Below, one piece after another: positions 7,165-16,683 of a stretch of 64,000 nt of DNA. Numbering within the stretch: the first letter of the stretch is position 1; each line of letters opens with the position of its first letter. Below the pieces are notes generated by a model, which searched no databases, was not told the origin of the DNA, and saw only the letters and a program-made list of their open reading frames with translations. The position numbers and the translations under genes were made by a program. Source of the stretch: a virus (lineage: Duplodnaviria > Caudoviricetes); the IMG/VR virus record IMGVR_UViG_3300020050_010116, positions 1 through 64,000 of that record. One strand, 5' to 3'.

Positions 7165-9524
7165 GTTTCCCAGAATTATCTAAAAAGATTTCAGAAGGTC
7201 TTGCAGCAGGTGTCAGCAAAGAGAAGATTGATCTAATTCTCAGATCTATGCAAGATAAACCTGAATTAAGAACTAAAGTATTAGCTCTATCTTCTGAGTT
7301 TGATCGTCTTGCTATTCTTGAAGCAGAAAAACTTGCTAAAGAAAAAGCTACGCCTGTTGATAAAACTAATACTAAACCGACGGCCTCAAACTACGAAACT
7401 TCTAAGTTTACAAAGACTCAGGCTGTAAACTATCCTGTACAACAAAAACAAACTACTGCAGATCCTTTAACTCCGAGTGGGCTAGCCGATAGAGATGCTG
7501 TTAAAATAAAACAACATAGTATTTATACGTATAATACAAAACCTGTTGAAGTACTCCTTGGGCGTTTTGATCAAGCTGGTGCTGCAGTAAGAGTAAAACA
7601 ACATAGTATTTATACACACAGGGTAAATTCAACTAACCCGCGATTAGGACGTTTTGATCAAGCTGGAGCAGGATTAAGAGTAAAACAACACAGTACCTAC
7701 ACGTACAGTTCGAGATCAACTAACCCGCGATTAGGCAGAGTAGGTCAAGCTGGTGCTGCTGTTAAAATAAAACAGCACAGCACGTATACACATGCTCCAA
7801 ACTCAACTAACCCGCGATTAGGCAGAGTAGGTCAAGCTGGTGCAGGATTAAATACCAACTATAGACCTCCAGCTCCAACACCTCCTGTTATTACTCCGCC
7901 GCCTGTACCTCCTAAACCAGCACCTAAGAAAACATCTGGATTTAGTAACATAGGGAATAGTGCTAGGTTGTTTTCTTTTGATACAGAGACAACAGGAGTT
8001 AATCCAGCGCATTCACGTATATGGCAGATGGGGTATGCAACTACTGATCAAAAAGGCTCTTTTTCTTTGCTGGATGCGCACTTAAACCCGCACCCCGATT
8101 TTGATAACTTACCTAAGGAGGAGTTAGAGGAGTATCTGAGAAAGGTTAATGGCGAGTTCTCCGAAAAAGCTTTTAAAGAAGGTAACTTTAATACTTTAAT
8201 AGATGCTTACTTGAATAAAGATTTACAGCATGTTGGGGATGCTTTTGAGAATACTCTGCAGAAGCTTCAACTAGGTGATATTCTAATCATGCAAAACATG
8301 AACTTCGAGAATAACATGTTAGCTGCTAATATAGGTATTGATAAGATACCTCAACCATTTTATGATGAGCTTCAAGCAAAGCTTGCCACAACATCTGCTG
8401 ATAAGCAGTTTGATCGTGCAGGTAAAGAGTTATTTCAAAGAGCTTTCAAAGTACAAAAATATATGAGGGAAGCTGACTATGAGTTTAACACGAAGTTTCT
8501 TCCTAACAGAACAGAAAATAATTTTGCTAAGTATGTAACTCAACTAAATAATGCTTATGATGCTTACGATGATATCATTAAAGCTGTGCATCCTAATAGT
8601 AAAGTACCTATAATAGAACTTATGGATATATCTAAGATATTCTATGGAAACTTAGCTGCTTCTGGCTTAATTGAAAAAGAAACCGCAGGTTTAGGACTTA
8701 ACGTGGATTTTCTCACTAGAGCTTTATTTGGAAGAAAAGAAGTTCACACAGCAGCTTCAGATGCTAAAGATACAATCGAAATATTTCAATCATTATGGAA
8801 ACATATTGGAGATATGCGAAATGGAGTTGTAACAGATGAACTTAGAGCTTTAGCTAAAAAAATAAATGAGCAACAACCAGAAGAAATAAATAGACGCTTC
8901 ATATCTTCATTAAAATCTACATTAGATGACTTTGTTAATAAAGGTTTTACTAAAACACGTTCAGGTGCTAATAGGTACTATGGAGGTGAGATTTCTGTAT
9001 TTAATAATGAAACAGGTATTGCTGAAAGATCAGCACCTATCAGTGTAGGTGTTAAGAAAGATTTCACAAGTGATTTAGAAACAGCCCTTAAAGACCAAGT
9101 AGCAAAATACGCTGAGTTGTATAAAGATGATATTATGGGTTTTAACAGAGAAAAGTTTGTTGATGATATACTAGCTAACGCTGAAGACTTAAACGGTAAT
9201 CACAGTATTAAGCAACTGTTGGATTCGGTTGGAAAAGTTGAGTTACCATCAGACAGAAGCCTTCTACCTAAAGCTGTGGGTGACATAATAAATAAAACTG
9301 GATTACCTACTGACGCACTTGTAGAAAACAGAGGTTTTGCTGGCGGCGGTAAAGTTGCTTTAGGTCTTGCAGGTGTAGTGGGATTAGCAGCTATGATGTT
9401 AACTCCAGCACCTAAACAAAAAGAAGAAAACAACGATCCAGTCTTCTATAATTTCTATGATGAACAATACTTAGGTACAGGTTTTGTAGAATTTAAAGAA
9501 CGTAATAAGAGGTATGTATACTAA
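7161..9524 (+). CDS. Repeat-containing DEDDh 3'-5' exonuclease-domain protein with C-terminal hydrophobic segment
   Basis: ExoI FD(274)TE(276)TTG, ExoII-like QNMNFE and ExoIII H(529)TAASD(534). It also has four 29-aa repeats, a Pro-rich linker and a C-terminal GKVALGLAGVVGLAAMML. Confidence 0.75.
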   Translation: MSFPELSKKISEGLAAGVSKEKIDLILRSMQDKPELRTKVLALSSEFDRLAILEAEKLAKEKATPVDKTNTKPTASNYETSKFTKTQAVNYPVQQKQTTADPLTPSGLADRDAVKIKQHSIYTYNTKPVEVLLGRFDQAGAAVRVKQHSIYTHRVNSTNPRLGRFDQAGAGLRVKQHSTYTYSSRSTNPRLGRVGQAGAAVKIKQHSTYTHAPNSTNPRLGRVGQAGAGLNTNYRPPAPTPPVITPPPVPPKPAPKKTSGFSNIGNSARLFSFDTETTGVNPAHSRIWQMGYATTDQKGSFSLLDAHLNPHPDFDNLPKEELEEYLRKVNGEFSEKAFKEGNFNTLIDAYLNKDLQHVGDAFENTLQKLQLGDILIMQNMNFENNMLAANIGIDKIPQPFYDELQAKLATTSADKQFDRAGKELFQRAFKVQKYMREADYEFNTKFLPNRTENNFAKYVTQLNNAYDAYDDIIKAVHPNSKVPIIELMDISKIFYGNLAASGLIEKETAGLGLNVDFLTRALFGRKEVHTAASDAKDTIEIFQSLWKHIGDMRNGVVTDELRALAKKINEQQPEEINRRFISSLKSTLDDFVNKGFTKTRSGANRYYGGEISVFNNETGIAERSAPISVGVKKDFTSDLETALKDQVAKYAELYKDDIMGFNREKFVDDILANAEDLNGNHSIKQLLDSVGKVELPSDRSLLPKAVGDIINKTGLPTDALVENRGFAGGGKVALGLAGVVGLAAMMLTPAPKQKEENNDPVFYNFYDEQYLGTGFVEFKERNKRYVY
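7494..7841 (+). repeat. Four tandem 87-nt (29-aa) coding repeats
   Basis: Unit consensus xx(V/L)(K/R)(I/V)KQHS(I/T)YT....STNPRLGR(F/V)(D/G)QAG. The nucleotide block tcaactaacccgcgattagg recurs three times. Confidence 0.9.
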
Positions 9525-11665
9525 TGGCAAAAAATAAGAAGAAAGGACAAGGTAAAGGGACTGGGGTCAAGGAATGGGCTGAGTTGCAGGGAGCTAATGT
9601 TACTACGGGAATTTCTTTAAATGATACAAATAAATTTCTAAGGCAATTCCCGAACAATCCTGACGCCCTGGCACACAGAGCTGACGCCCTGGCAAATATA
9701 GCAGCATCCAAAGCTAGAGCTGAGCAAAATTATCAGAACAACCCAAAAATTGCAGAACAAAAAACAGCATATTCTGCCGAGATAGAGTACAGTAAACTAA
9801 CTCAAGCTAACCCATTAGGATTAGAGCTAAGCCATGTAGACAGCTTTTTAGAGAAATTTCCTAATTTCCAACGTGCGTTAGACACTAGAGAGCTGCTTCT
9901 CAGTGCACCGCCAACAACCCCACCTCTTTCAAATGTTGGGAGTCAGCCTTCGGCTTCAGTTGAAGATGTTCAGCAACAAATGGCTAAGGCAATAGAAGAA
10001 TCTACAGCTAGGGGGGAGTTAGACGACTTCATGCAGACTCCTTGGACAGACGTGCCTGACCAGCAAACCACTACTCCACCGGTGTCTCGTGCTGAGCAGC
10101 AAAGTAATATTAAAAAAGATGTTCACGCTAATAAAGCCCGTAGTAATCTTGTTGATAGAAAAGCAGGTCTTAGTTCGAATTTAGAAAAAAGGAAAGCTTC
10201 TGGAAAACCAATAACCTACACCTCACTGCAGACTGGTGAAACTACTTCAGGAGAAGTTTTTACTAGTGGAAATACAACTAGCGTAGGACGACCTGTAAGA
10301 AGTGACATAACTAATGAAAGAAAAGCTTCGTGGGATACAGCTAGGGAATTACTTAATGGCGACACTAGAACAGCTTTGGGAGAGGAATATGTTGGCCCCC
10401 ATAATAGTATAAATAGCTATGATTTTTCCGGACCAGAAGCACCTCTCGTACCCAAAAAAGTTAAACACTCTAGCGGCAAAGACAACCCAAAATTAAATGG
10501 AGGTGAAGAGCTTTCTCAATCTGTTATTAACGAGGACGGAGAGAAGCAGAGAGAAGAGGCAATTAAACCCAAACCGTCTGGAGGCATGTTTGAAAGAACA
10601 TCTCCTGAAGAGAAGGCGCGTCTTGCAAGACTAGATGAACTTACAGCAGCATTTCACGGATTAAATACTAATGTTACTGGATCTAAAGGTAGCGTAGAAG
10701 TAGAGCGTAGAGGAAATGTCGCTCATGATGCAACATTTGATCCAGAAATAGATAACTTTGTAGGTCCAAGAACAGATAATAAAGTCACTCAAATTGATTC
10801 TATGACTAGGGCCCCATTTCCTAGTCAACTTACAGGTATTAATAATCTAGAAGGTTCTGATCTAAGTGCTTTTAAAGCAGCTTACAATCAAGATTTAGAA
10901 TTAAATCGTATAGGAAAACAAGCTGGTTTTGTTGCCTTAAAAGATTCTGGTATTTACTCGGATATGACTCCAAAGTCTACAGACCCTTGGGCTGGATCTA
11001 ATCAAAGGTCTCTTACCTATGGTTATGGTATGGGCTGGGGTAATATGTGGAGAGCTTCAGCTAAGGATAATGCTAAGAGAGCTATGACAGTAGTTAATCC
11101 TCTTAGTAGGGGTAATATATCTTTAATGTTGGAACAGTTAGGTCGTGTATCAACAAGAGACATGCTTGCTTTTAAAGCTAACCCTACAATAATGAATAGA
11201 TTGGGTATTACTGCCGCACCAGCTTTTGCTGCTGGTTTCGTAGGTTATGGTATGTACGATAATCAAGACATTGGTGAGATTGTTTCTAACTTAGCTGTAC
11301 CTACATTAGCACTGCCTGGGGCTCGTGCTGGCTTGGCAATAGGCTCAGCTGTCACTCCGGCTGAAACAGCCTTTGGAATACTTAGAGGAACTGGTGTGGC
11401 TGTTGGAGCCACAGTAGGTTTTGTAACGGGAGCTGCTGTTGCTTTAGCTGCTACAGCAGGGATTTCGGATATAACTAGTAATGAGTCTAGTATAAGAAAA
11501 TTTGCAAGTAAGATGGCTAAAACTGAATTTTTAGTGCCAGAGGTTAATTCAAGACAGTCACTAACAGCCAGACAAATGGCTTTAAATAAATTATCAAAAA
11601 GCGGATTAAATGATCGCGCCTTACTCTTAGGAAATGAAGCCGCAGCTTTAGGAGGTTACCTATAA
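9524..11665 (+). CDS. Hypothetical virion/ejection-type protein (low-complexity N half, Gly/Ala hydrophobic C-terminal segments)
   Basis: 713 aa with hydrophobic stretches LGITAAPAFAAGFVGYG and GVAVGATVGFVTGAAVALAATAGI, and a C-terminal RQMAL...LLGNEA. No enzyme motif was recognised. Confidence 0.5.
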   Translation: MAKNKKKGQGKGTGVKEWAELQGANVTTGISLNDTNKFLRQFPNNPDALAHRADALANIAASKARAEQNYQNNPKIAEQKTAYSAEIEYSKLTQANPLGLELSHVDSFLEKFPNFQRALDTRELLLSAPPTTPPLSNVGSQPSASVEDVQQQMAKAIEESTARGELDDFMQTPWTDVPDQQTTTPPVSRAEQQSNIKKDVHANKARSNLVDRKAGLSSNLEKRKASGKPITYTSLQTGETTSGEVFTSGNTTSVGRPVRSDITNERKASWDTARELLNGDTRTALGEEYVGPHNSINSYDFSGPEAPLVPKKVKHSSGKDNPKLNGGEELSQSVINEDGEKQREEAIKPKPSGGMFERTSPEEKARLARLDELTAAFHGLNTNVTGSKGSVEVERRGNVAHDATFDPEIDNFVGPRTDNKVTQIDSMTRAPFPSQLTGINNLEGSDLSAFKAAYNQDLELNRIGKQAGFVALKDSGIYSDMTPKSTDPWAGSNQRSLTYGYGMGWGNMWRASAKDNAKRAMTVVNPLSRGNISLMLEQLGRVSTRDMLAFKANPTIMNRLGITAAPAFAAGFVGYGMYDNQDIGEIVSNLAVPTLALPGARAGLAIGSAVTPAETAFGILRGTGVAVGATVGFVTGAAVALAATAGISDITSNESSIRKFASKMAKTEFLVPEVNSRQSLTARQMALNKLSKSGLNDRALLLGNEAAALGGYL

Positions 11666-11666
11666 T

Positions 11667-12602
11667 ATGAAATACGAAGGTTTAATTGGGAAGATAGGTA
11701 GTGCTATCCCTAATTCTAGTACAACTAAATTTGCCGGGATTGGTGCGGCTGTTGTTGCGCCAATTGGTGCTGGATTAAGTTACTATGAAAATCAAGATTG
11801 GGGTGACGCTGCAGCAGGGGCTTTACGTTCTGCTGCTTTCGGTGGTATACTAGGCGTTGCTGCTCACAGGGTGCCTGGAATTGTTGCAAATAACACAGCA
11901 GGCGTAGGTTTAAAAAGATTAGCTACTAATGAAGATGCTATGGGTTTAGTTGAAACAGTATTTGATACACTAAAACCTTTTAAAAAAGTTTATGATAGTA
12001 GTGAGGATGGTGTAATAGACGGCCCTGGATATGGTGCAGCACTAGCTTCCATAGAAAACAGTCAGATATACAAGGACACTGTGAGCAACTTTACTGAAAA
12101 TCAAAAAAGAATTTTAGAAATGAAAAATGAAAGTAAATGGCAACTAGCTAAATCTTACGGAGCTGTTATGACAGAAGCTGGTTTTAATGCTGTTTATTCC
12201 CACGTTGTCAAACCCACTGGAAATTTTTTACGCGGAGAAATGACTTTAGCTAACGGTGCAGCTGCTGCCTTCACTGGTTATGGTATATATGAAGCAGGTA
12301 GTGCAATCAACGAAGTTCGTCAAGGAAATTATAGTGCAGCAGTCGGAGTAATTAGTACACTTGCAGCTGCTAAAGCAGGCTACGCAGGGCTTGCCGGAGG
12401 CTACAAAGCCTATAAGGTATTTGATAAAGCAGGTGTTACCCCTATTGATTTATATTACGGCGTGCGAGCTACTAGCGCCCTCGGTGGCTATAATCCGTTA
12501 TTACGTAATAATACCGATATTCTAGGTATGGCTGGATCAACATATATGCTAAGTACTCACGCAAGGAAAGTAGCCGCTGCTGTTAAAAAAGCAAACAAAT
12601 AA
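11667..12602 (+). CDS. Hypothetical Gly/Ala-rich multi-hydrophobic-segment protein
   Basis: 311 aa with several amphipathic or hydrophobic Gly/Ala helices (FAGIGAAVVAPIGAGL, AAFGGILGVAA, AAVGVISTLAAAKAG). Confidence 0.5.
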   Translation: MKYEGLIGKIGSAIPNSSTTKFAGIGAAVVAPIGAGLSYYENQDWGDAAAGALRSAAFGGILGVAAHRVPGIVANNTAGVGLKRLATNEDAMGLVETVFDTLKPFKKVYDSSEDGVIDGPGYGAALASIENSQIYKDTVSNFTENQKRILEMKNESKWQLAKSYGAVMTEAGFNAVYSHVVKPTGNFLRGEMTLANGAAAAFTGYGIYEAGSAINEVRQGNYSAAVGVISTLAAAKAGYAGLAGGYKAYKVFDKAGVTPIDLYYGVRATSALGGYNPLLRNNTDILGMAGSTYMLSTHARKVAAAVKKANK

Positions 12603-12615
12603 AAGGTATTTAAAA

Positions 12616-13194
12616 ATGAAATTACAAACAAATAAAAGTTATTTATTAAACTTTGCAAGAAGACAAGGCAAAACAACAAATCTAATCAAGCTAGCAACTA
12701 AGAATGCTAAAGCTAATCCTTCAAGTGTTAGTTTAATTCTAACACCGTATAAACCACTGGAGCAGGAGCTCTACAGCCAGTTACTTTCTAAATTAGATAA
12801 TAAAATAGACTACCAACAAGCTAACACTATAAAACTTAAAAACGGATCTAAGATTTTATGTAAAAGTCTGTCTGATGATATTAATAGTTTTAGAGGTCTC
12901 TCTCTTTCTTATATCTACGTAGATAACTTACTAGAGATCACTGAAGACATTAGAAATCTACTAACTACTTTGCAAGTTTATTCCCCTGATGTTAAGGTTG
13001 TAATTACTACAAACACAGAAGTGTGCAACTTACCTACCTTTACATATTTATTCTTGGTAAAAAACTTTGAGCTTATTATTAAGCCAATTGTACTTAAAGA
13101 AGGTGCTTGTAAGAGTCAACTGGAAGCTGATCTTAATCCTTCAGGGCTAAAATCAGAAATAACTTTAGGACTTGATTATGGAATCTTTAAATAA
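12616..13194 (+). CDS. Stand-alone terminase-like ATPase domain, degenerate Walker B
   Basis: Walker A FARRQGKT, the IKLKNGSKI...SFRG motif paralleling IKFTNGSVL...SLRG of TerL, and Walker B YIYVDN. There is no nuclease domain. Confidence 0.7.
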   Translation: MKLQTNKSYLLNFARRQGKTTNLIKLATKNAKANPSSVSLILTPYKPLEQELYSQLLSKLDNKIDYQQANTIKLKNGSKILCKSLSDDINSFRGLSLSYIYVDNLLEITEDIRNLLTTLQVYSPDVKVVITTNTEVCNLPTFTYLFLVKNFELIIKPIVLKEGACKSQLEADLNPSGLKSEITLGLDYGIFK

Positions 13195-15079
13195 AATAAA
13201 TGTAGTAGAAGTTGATGATACTGATAAGGAAGTAACTAAACTTTCGGAAATATACTGGAAGGACTATCTTGAAGAACAAAACTATAATAAAGATGTTAGC
13301 AAGATGTGTGAGTTGTGTATTGAAGAACAGATTGAGAAATACGGTAAGCAGACAATTCCTTGTAAAGGGCTTCTAACTCCAGAAGTACAACTAGGTTGGG
13401 ATATCTTTAATCTAATTCAAGAGAATTCTACTGAAGAAGATATAAAGACAATGAGAGCTCTCTACAATGCCTACGAGTATATGGAGTTATATTGTGATAC
13501 TGGTAATATCGGTAATGACAAAAGAGCTTTCGTAGGAAGATGGTATCAAAGACTTCTTATGAATTGTTCTGCTCGTTCTAAAGTTGTACGTATGGGCCGT
13601 CGTGCTGGTAAGACAGCATCTTTAGCTATGCAAATCATACACAAGTGTGTTACTGATACTGGAAGTAAAGGGAATGGACACAGAGCTTTATTAGTATCTC
13701 CATTTCAAAACCAAACTGAAGAAGTTGTTGAAACAATCAAGAAGCTTTGTGCAGCTTTAGATGAAAATCCTATTTTATCTTCTAAATCATCCCCCACGCA
13801 TGTTATAAAGTTTACTAACGGGTCTGTACTAAAAGGCTATACTGCAGGGGATGACGGTAACTCATTACGCGGGCAGCCTGCTGACTCTATGTGGTTAGAT
13901 GAATACGATGATATTCCAGCGAAGGCTATCACATCCATATCTGGTATTTTTATGGATAACCCTAATGTTGAGATTTGGCGTTCAGGGACTCCTAAAGGAG
14001 AATTAAATCTCTACAACTCCTCGTTAGACTCTCAAACAAAAGAGTTCCACTACCCTTCTTTCGTAATACCGCACTATAATGATGACATAGACCGTCAAAT
14101 TAGAGCGGATATGGATGAAATTGGATATCTGCAGGAAGCGCTTGCTTTGTACGGAGTATCCTCTAGTGGCATTTTCCAGATACCTCTTATTGAAAGAGCG
14201 CAAGCTAAGCCTAAGTATATTAACTTACTAGATGTAATGTCTAATAGAAATAGTTATATAATAATTATAGGTGTAGATTGGAATCATGATCAAGTAGGTA
14301 CTCGTATAGTAGTTATAGCTTATGATAAGAACGATCCTCAATTCTATATACTAGATAAAGAGAGAGTCGCAGTAGAAGGGTGGACTCAACAATTAGCTAA
14401 AGAGAAAATCATACAGCTTAATAGAAAGTATGTAGCTGATCATATCTTCGTTGATGCTGGCTTTGGAGCGACTCAGATAGGAGATTTAAGACTATTTGGC
14501 GAAACTCAGGCTGCATTGGTACCTAAAGGACACCCTGATTTAAAACTAATGAATGTAGAGGCTGTAGATTTTGGTTCTACAGTTGAAGTGAGAGATCCAA
14601 CTTCAGGGGAGAAATTTAAACAAGGTCTGAAACAATTTGCTGTACAGAATGCTGTTTTAATACTAGAGAAAGACTTACTTACGTTACACCCAGAGAAAGA
14701 TTTAGAAATAGTTAAACAAATGAAGAACTATATTCAAAAATCCAGAAACAAAGGTAAAGTAGTTTATGGGTATGTATCTAAGAAGATAGGCGACCATGAT
14801 CTTGATGCTATGATGATAGGATTGTACGGGTATAAAAAACTGTACTCTGCTGTTCTTGGCGGTGCTTTTGAAGGAGCGATGATGCGATTTGGTTCCTATA
14901 TAAATAGGGATACTGATCCAGCAGGGTTAAATGCTACTGGTATTAATGCTGTACAAACTGGGGGTGTTGTAGCTAGAGCATCCTTAAGATTCGGTGGCTC
15001 TAAGCTTATTGATTCTTCTACTAAAAATGTGGTATCATATAATAAAACCAGAGGAGCTATGCCTCTCAGAGCTTATTAA
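13172..15079 (+). CDS. terL: Terminase large subunit
   Basis: GRWYQ (adenine-binding Q motif), GRRAGKT Walker A, MWLDEYD Walker B, SGTPKG motif, and RNase H-like nuclease residues (GVDWN, FVDAG, DHDLDA). Confidence 0.95.
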   Translation: MIMESLNKINVVEVDDTDKEVTKLSEIYWKDYLEEQNYNKDVSKMCELCIEEQIEKYGKQTIPCKGLLTPEVQLGWDIFNLIQENSTEEDIKTMRALYNAYEYMELYCDTGNIGNDKRAFVGRWYQRLLMNCSARSKVVRMGRRAGKTASLAMQIIHKCVTDTGSKGNGHRALLVSPFQNQTEEVVETIKKLCAALDENPILSSKSSPTHVIKFTNGSVLKGYTAGDDGNSLRGQPADSMWLDEYDDIPAKAITSISGIFMDNPNVEIWRSGTPKGELNLYNSSLDSQTKEFHYPSFVIPHYNDDIDRQIRADMDEIGYLQEALALYGVSSSGIFQIPLIERAQAKPKYINLLDVMSNRNSYIIIIGVDWNHDQVGTRIVVIAYDKNDPQFYILDKERVAVEGWTQQLAKEKIIQLNRKYVADHIFVDAGFGATQIGDLRLFGETQAALVPKGHPDLKLMNVEAVDFGSTVEVRDPTSGEKFKQGLKQFAVQNAVLILEKDLLTLHPEKDLEIVKQMKNYIQKSRNKGKVVYGYVSKKIGDHDLDAMMIGLYGYKKLYSAVLGGAFEGAMMRFGSYINRDTDPAGLNATGINAVQTGGVVARASLRFGGSKLIDSSTKNVVSYNKTRGAMPLRAY

Positions 15080-15106
15080 ATAATTCCAAACAAGAAGGAG
15101 TACACC

Positions 15107-15991
15107 ATGCCTAGTACCTTTACTATAGATAGTATACTAGATGATAACATCGGGTTAATGTATTTTAACCCAACTACTGAAACATTAAAAGAAATAGATA
15201 GCAGTTCTACTTACATAACGTGCAGAGCTTTTACTTATTCTATTAAAAGATTTTATCTTTGCGGAACATCTTTAGAGTATACTAACGATATTACAATCAG
15301 AGTGAGTACTTCTGATCCAGATTTGTACACCACCAAGGTGATATCAGGAGGAATCTTAGTTAACAAGAGTCACTTTGATACGGCAACAGATGAATTAGTA
15401 TTTGACACCTCTTTACTAGGAACTCAATTTACAAATGCTATCCCTATTGACATACTCATTGACTCACAGACTTTAACAGAGAAAGTAATTAATTTAAATA
15501 TTGAGTTATTAGTTGAGGCAACGCCTGTAAGTAGTACGTGTACTCTAATCCCTTCAACTATTACTTATAATAATCCTGAACCTATTGTAGTAGGTTACAC
15601 AGGTTTTTATGGGCTTAAAGCTTTAGTTAACAATGTGCCAAGTGTTGCCAGTGTTTCATCAGCAATCTCTAGCGAAGATGTTGGCGCTATTTTTACAGAT
15701 TTATTAAGTTCTTTGGTTAACGCTGAAGTTGGTAATGTGTTCGACCATTTCGATATTATAGCACACCCTTCTGCAGAGGCACTACAGATACAACCTATTT
15801 TAGCTACTGCTCTAGGGGCTACCCCAGAACAACTAACAATACAATTGCAACCACTTAGTCCCCAAGATGTAATAGACATACAAACTGGACAAGGGAGTGC
15901 AGTAGATGTTATAGATGTTCTTACTTTAATAACTGCATCTGCTGATTTTAATCTTTTTAGAAGTTGCTTTAGAATAAACGGAGCTGCCTAA
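15107..15991 (+). CDS. Hypothetical protein
   Basis: 294-aa ORF with AAGGAG RBS. No motif was recognised. Confidence 0.6.
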   Translation: MPSTFTIDSILDDNIGLMYFNPTTETLKEIDSSSTYITCRAFTYSIKRFYLCGTSLEYTNDITIRVSTSDPDLYTTKVISGGILVNKSHFDTATDELVFDTSLLGTQFTNAIPIDILIDSQTLTEKVINLNIELLVEATPVSSTCTLIPSTITYNNPEPIVVGYTGFYGLKALVNNVPSVASVSSAISSEDVGAIFTDLLSSLVNAEVGNVFDHFDIIAHPSAEALQIQPILATALGATPEQLTIQLQPLSPQDVIDIQTGQGSAVDVIDVLTLITASADFNLFRSCFRINGAA

Positions 15992-15992
15992 T

Positions 15993-16253
15993 ATGCCTTA
16001 TTCAGTAGAAGAAGTTAATAGCACTTTAGAAGAAGCACGCAGTGTAAGTAAGGATTTAAAAGTGGAGTTAAGTAAACTCCGCGTTAAGTTGGATAGAGTA
16101 GAACACGCTCAAGTAATACTAGCAATTAGAGAAGTATTTGGTACAGAGTATATTAGTGATTATGGTAACATCTACATTACTTACGACATGTATGTAACTT
16201 GTATTGATTTAATACGTAATGTAGGTAAGGCTATAGGAGATTCGCGAGTATGA
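15993..16253 (+). CDS. Hypothetical protein (N-terminal coiled coil)
   Basis: 86 aa, tightly coupled to both neighbours. Confidence 0.6.
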   Translation: MPYSVEEVNSTLEEARSVSKDLKVELSKLRVKLDRVEHAQVILAIREVFGTEYISDYGNIYITYDMYVTCIDLIRNVGKAIGDSRV

Positions 16254-16678
16254 CGTTACCTATTATACCAACTAATCCTTTAGATCAAGCAGCACAAAGA
16301 AGTAAAGAAGCCTGGAATCAGTTATATAAAGAAGCCATCGCTGATTTTCCTATACACGATGATATGTATAGATTCTTTACAGATTTAACTGACTGGATGG
16401 AAATTCTTAACAAGAAGATAGAGGAATTAACTAAAATAATTGCAGCGCACCAGCACGTAGTACCAACACTTGACGGACCAGCCTACAGTACTCCGCCTCT
16501 TACTGCAGGAGGTATGGTGTGGACTGGTAAACAATACATATTGCCTCAGTTTATAAATACATCAGGTAAGTTACCTAACATCAAAGGAACTCCGGGTTAT
16601 CAGCAACGATATACCGTACAGATAATGCCGAATATATCGACATTTTCATCTCCAACAAGTTTAACTACAGGATTATAA
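16250..16678 (+). CDS. Hypothetical protein with HxH motif resembling a tail-spike tip
   Basis: A coiled coil followed by AAH(67)QH(69)VVPTLDGPAYSTPP, similar to the HxH..G..T..P ends of gp5/gpV-type spikes. Confidence 0.4.
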   Translation: MTLPIIPTNPLDQAAQRSKEAWNQLYKEAIADFPIHDDMYRFFTDLTDWMEILNKKIEELTKIIAAHQHVVPTLDGPAYSTPPLTAGGMVWTGKQYILPQFINTSGKLPNIKGTPGYQQRYTVQIMPNISTFSSPTSLTTGL

Positions 16679-16683
16679 TTTAA

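Noticed and set aside
7494-7841. Regularly spaced repeats as a possible CRISPR array
   Set aside because: The units are in-frame 87-nt coding repeats with synonymous variation and no unique spacers, and no cas genes are present.
9660-9694. 14-nt direct repeat ctgacgccctggca with 21-nt period
   Set aside because: It is a small in-frame duplication (DALA..ADALA) in a low-complexity region, with no sign of an att site or mobile-element end.
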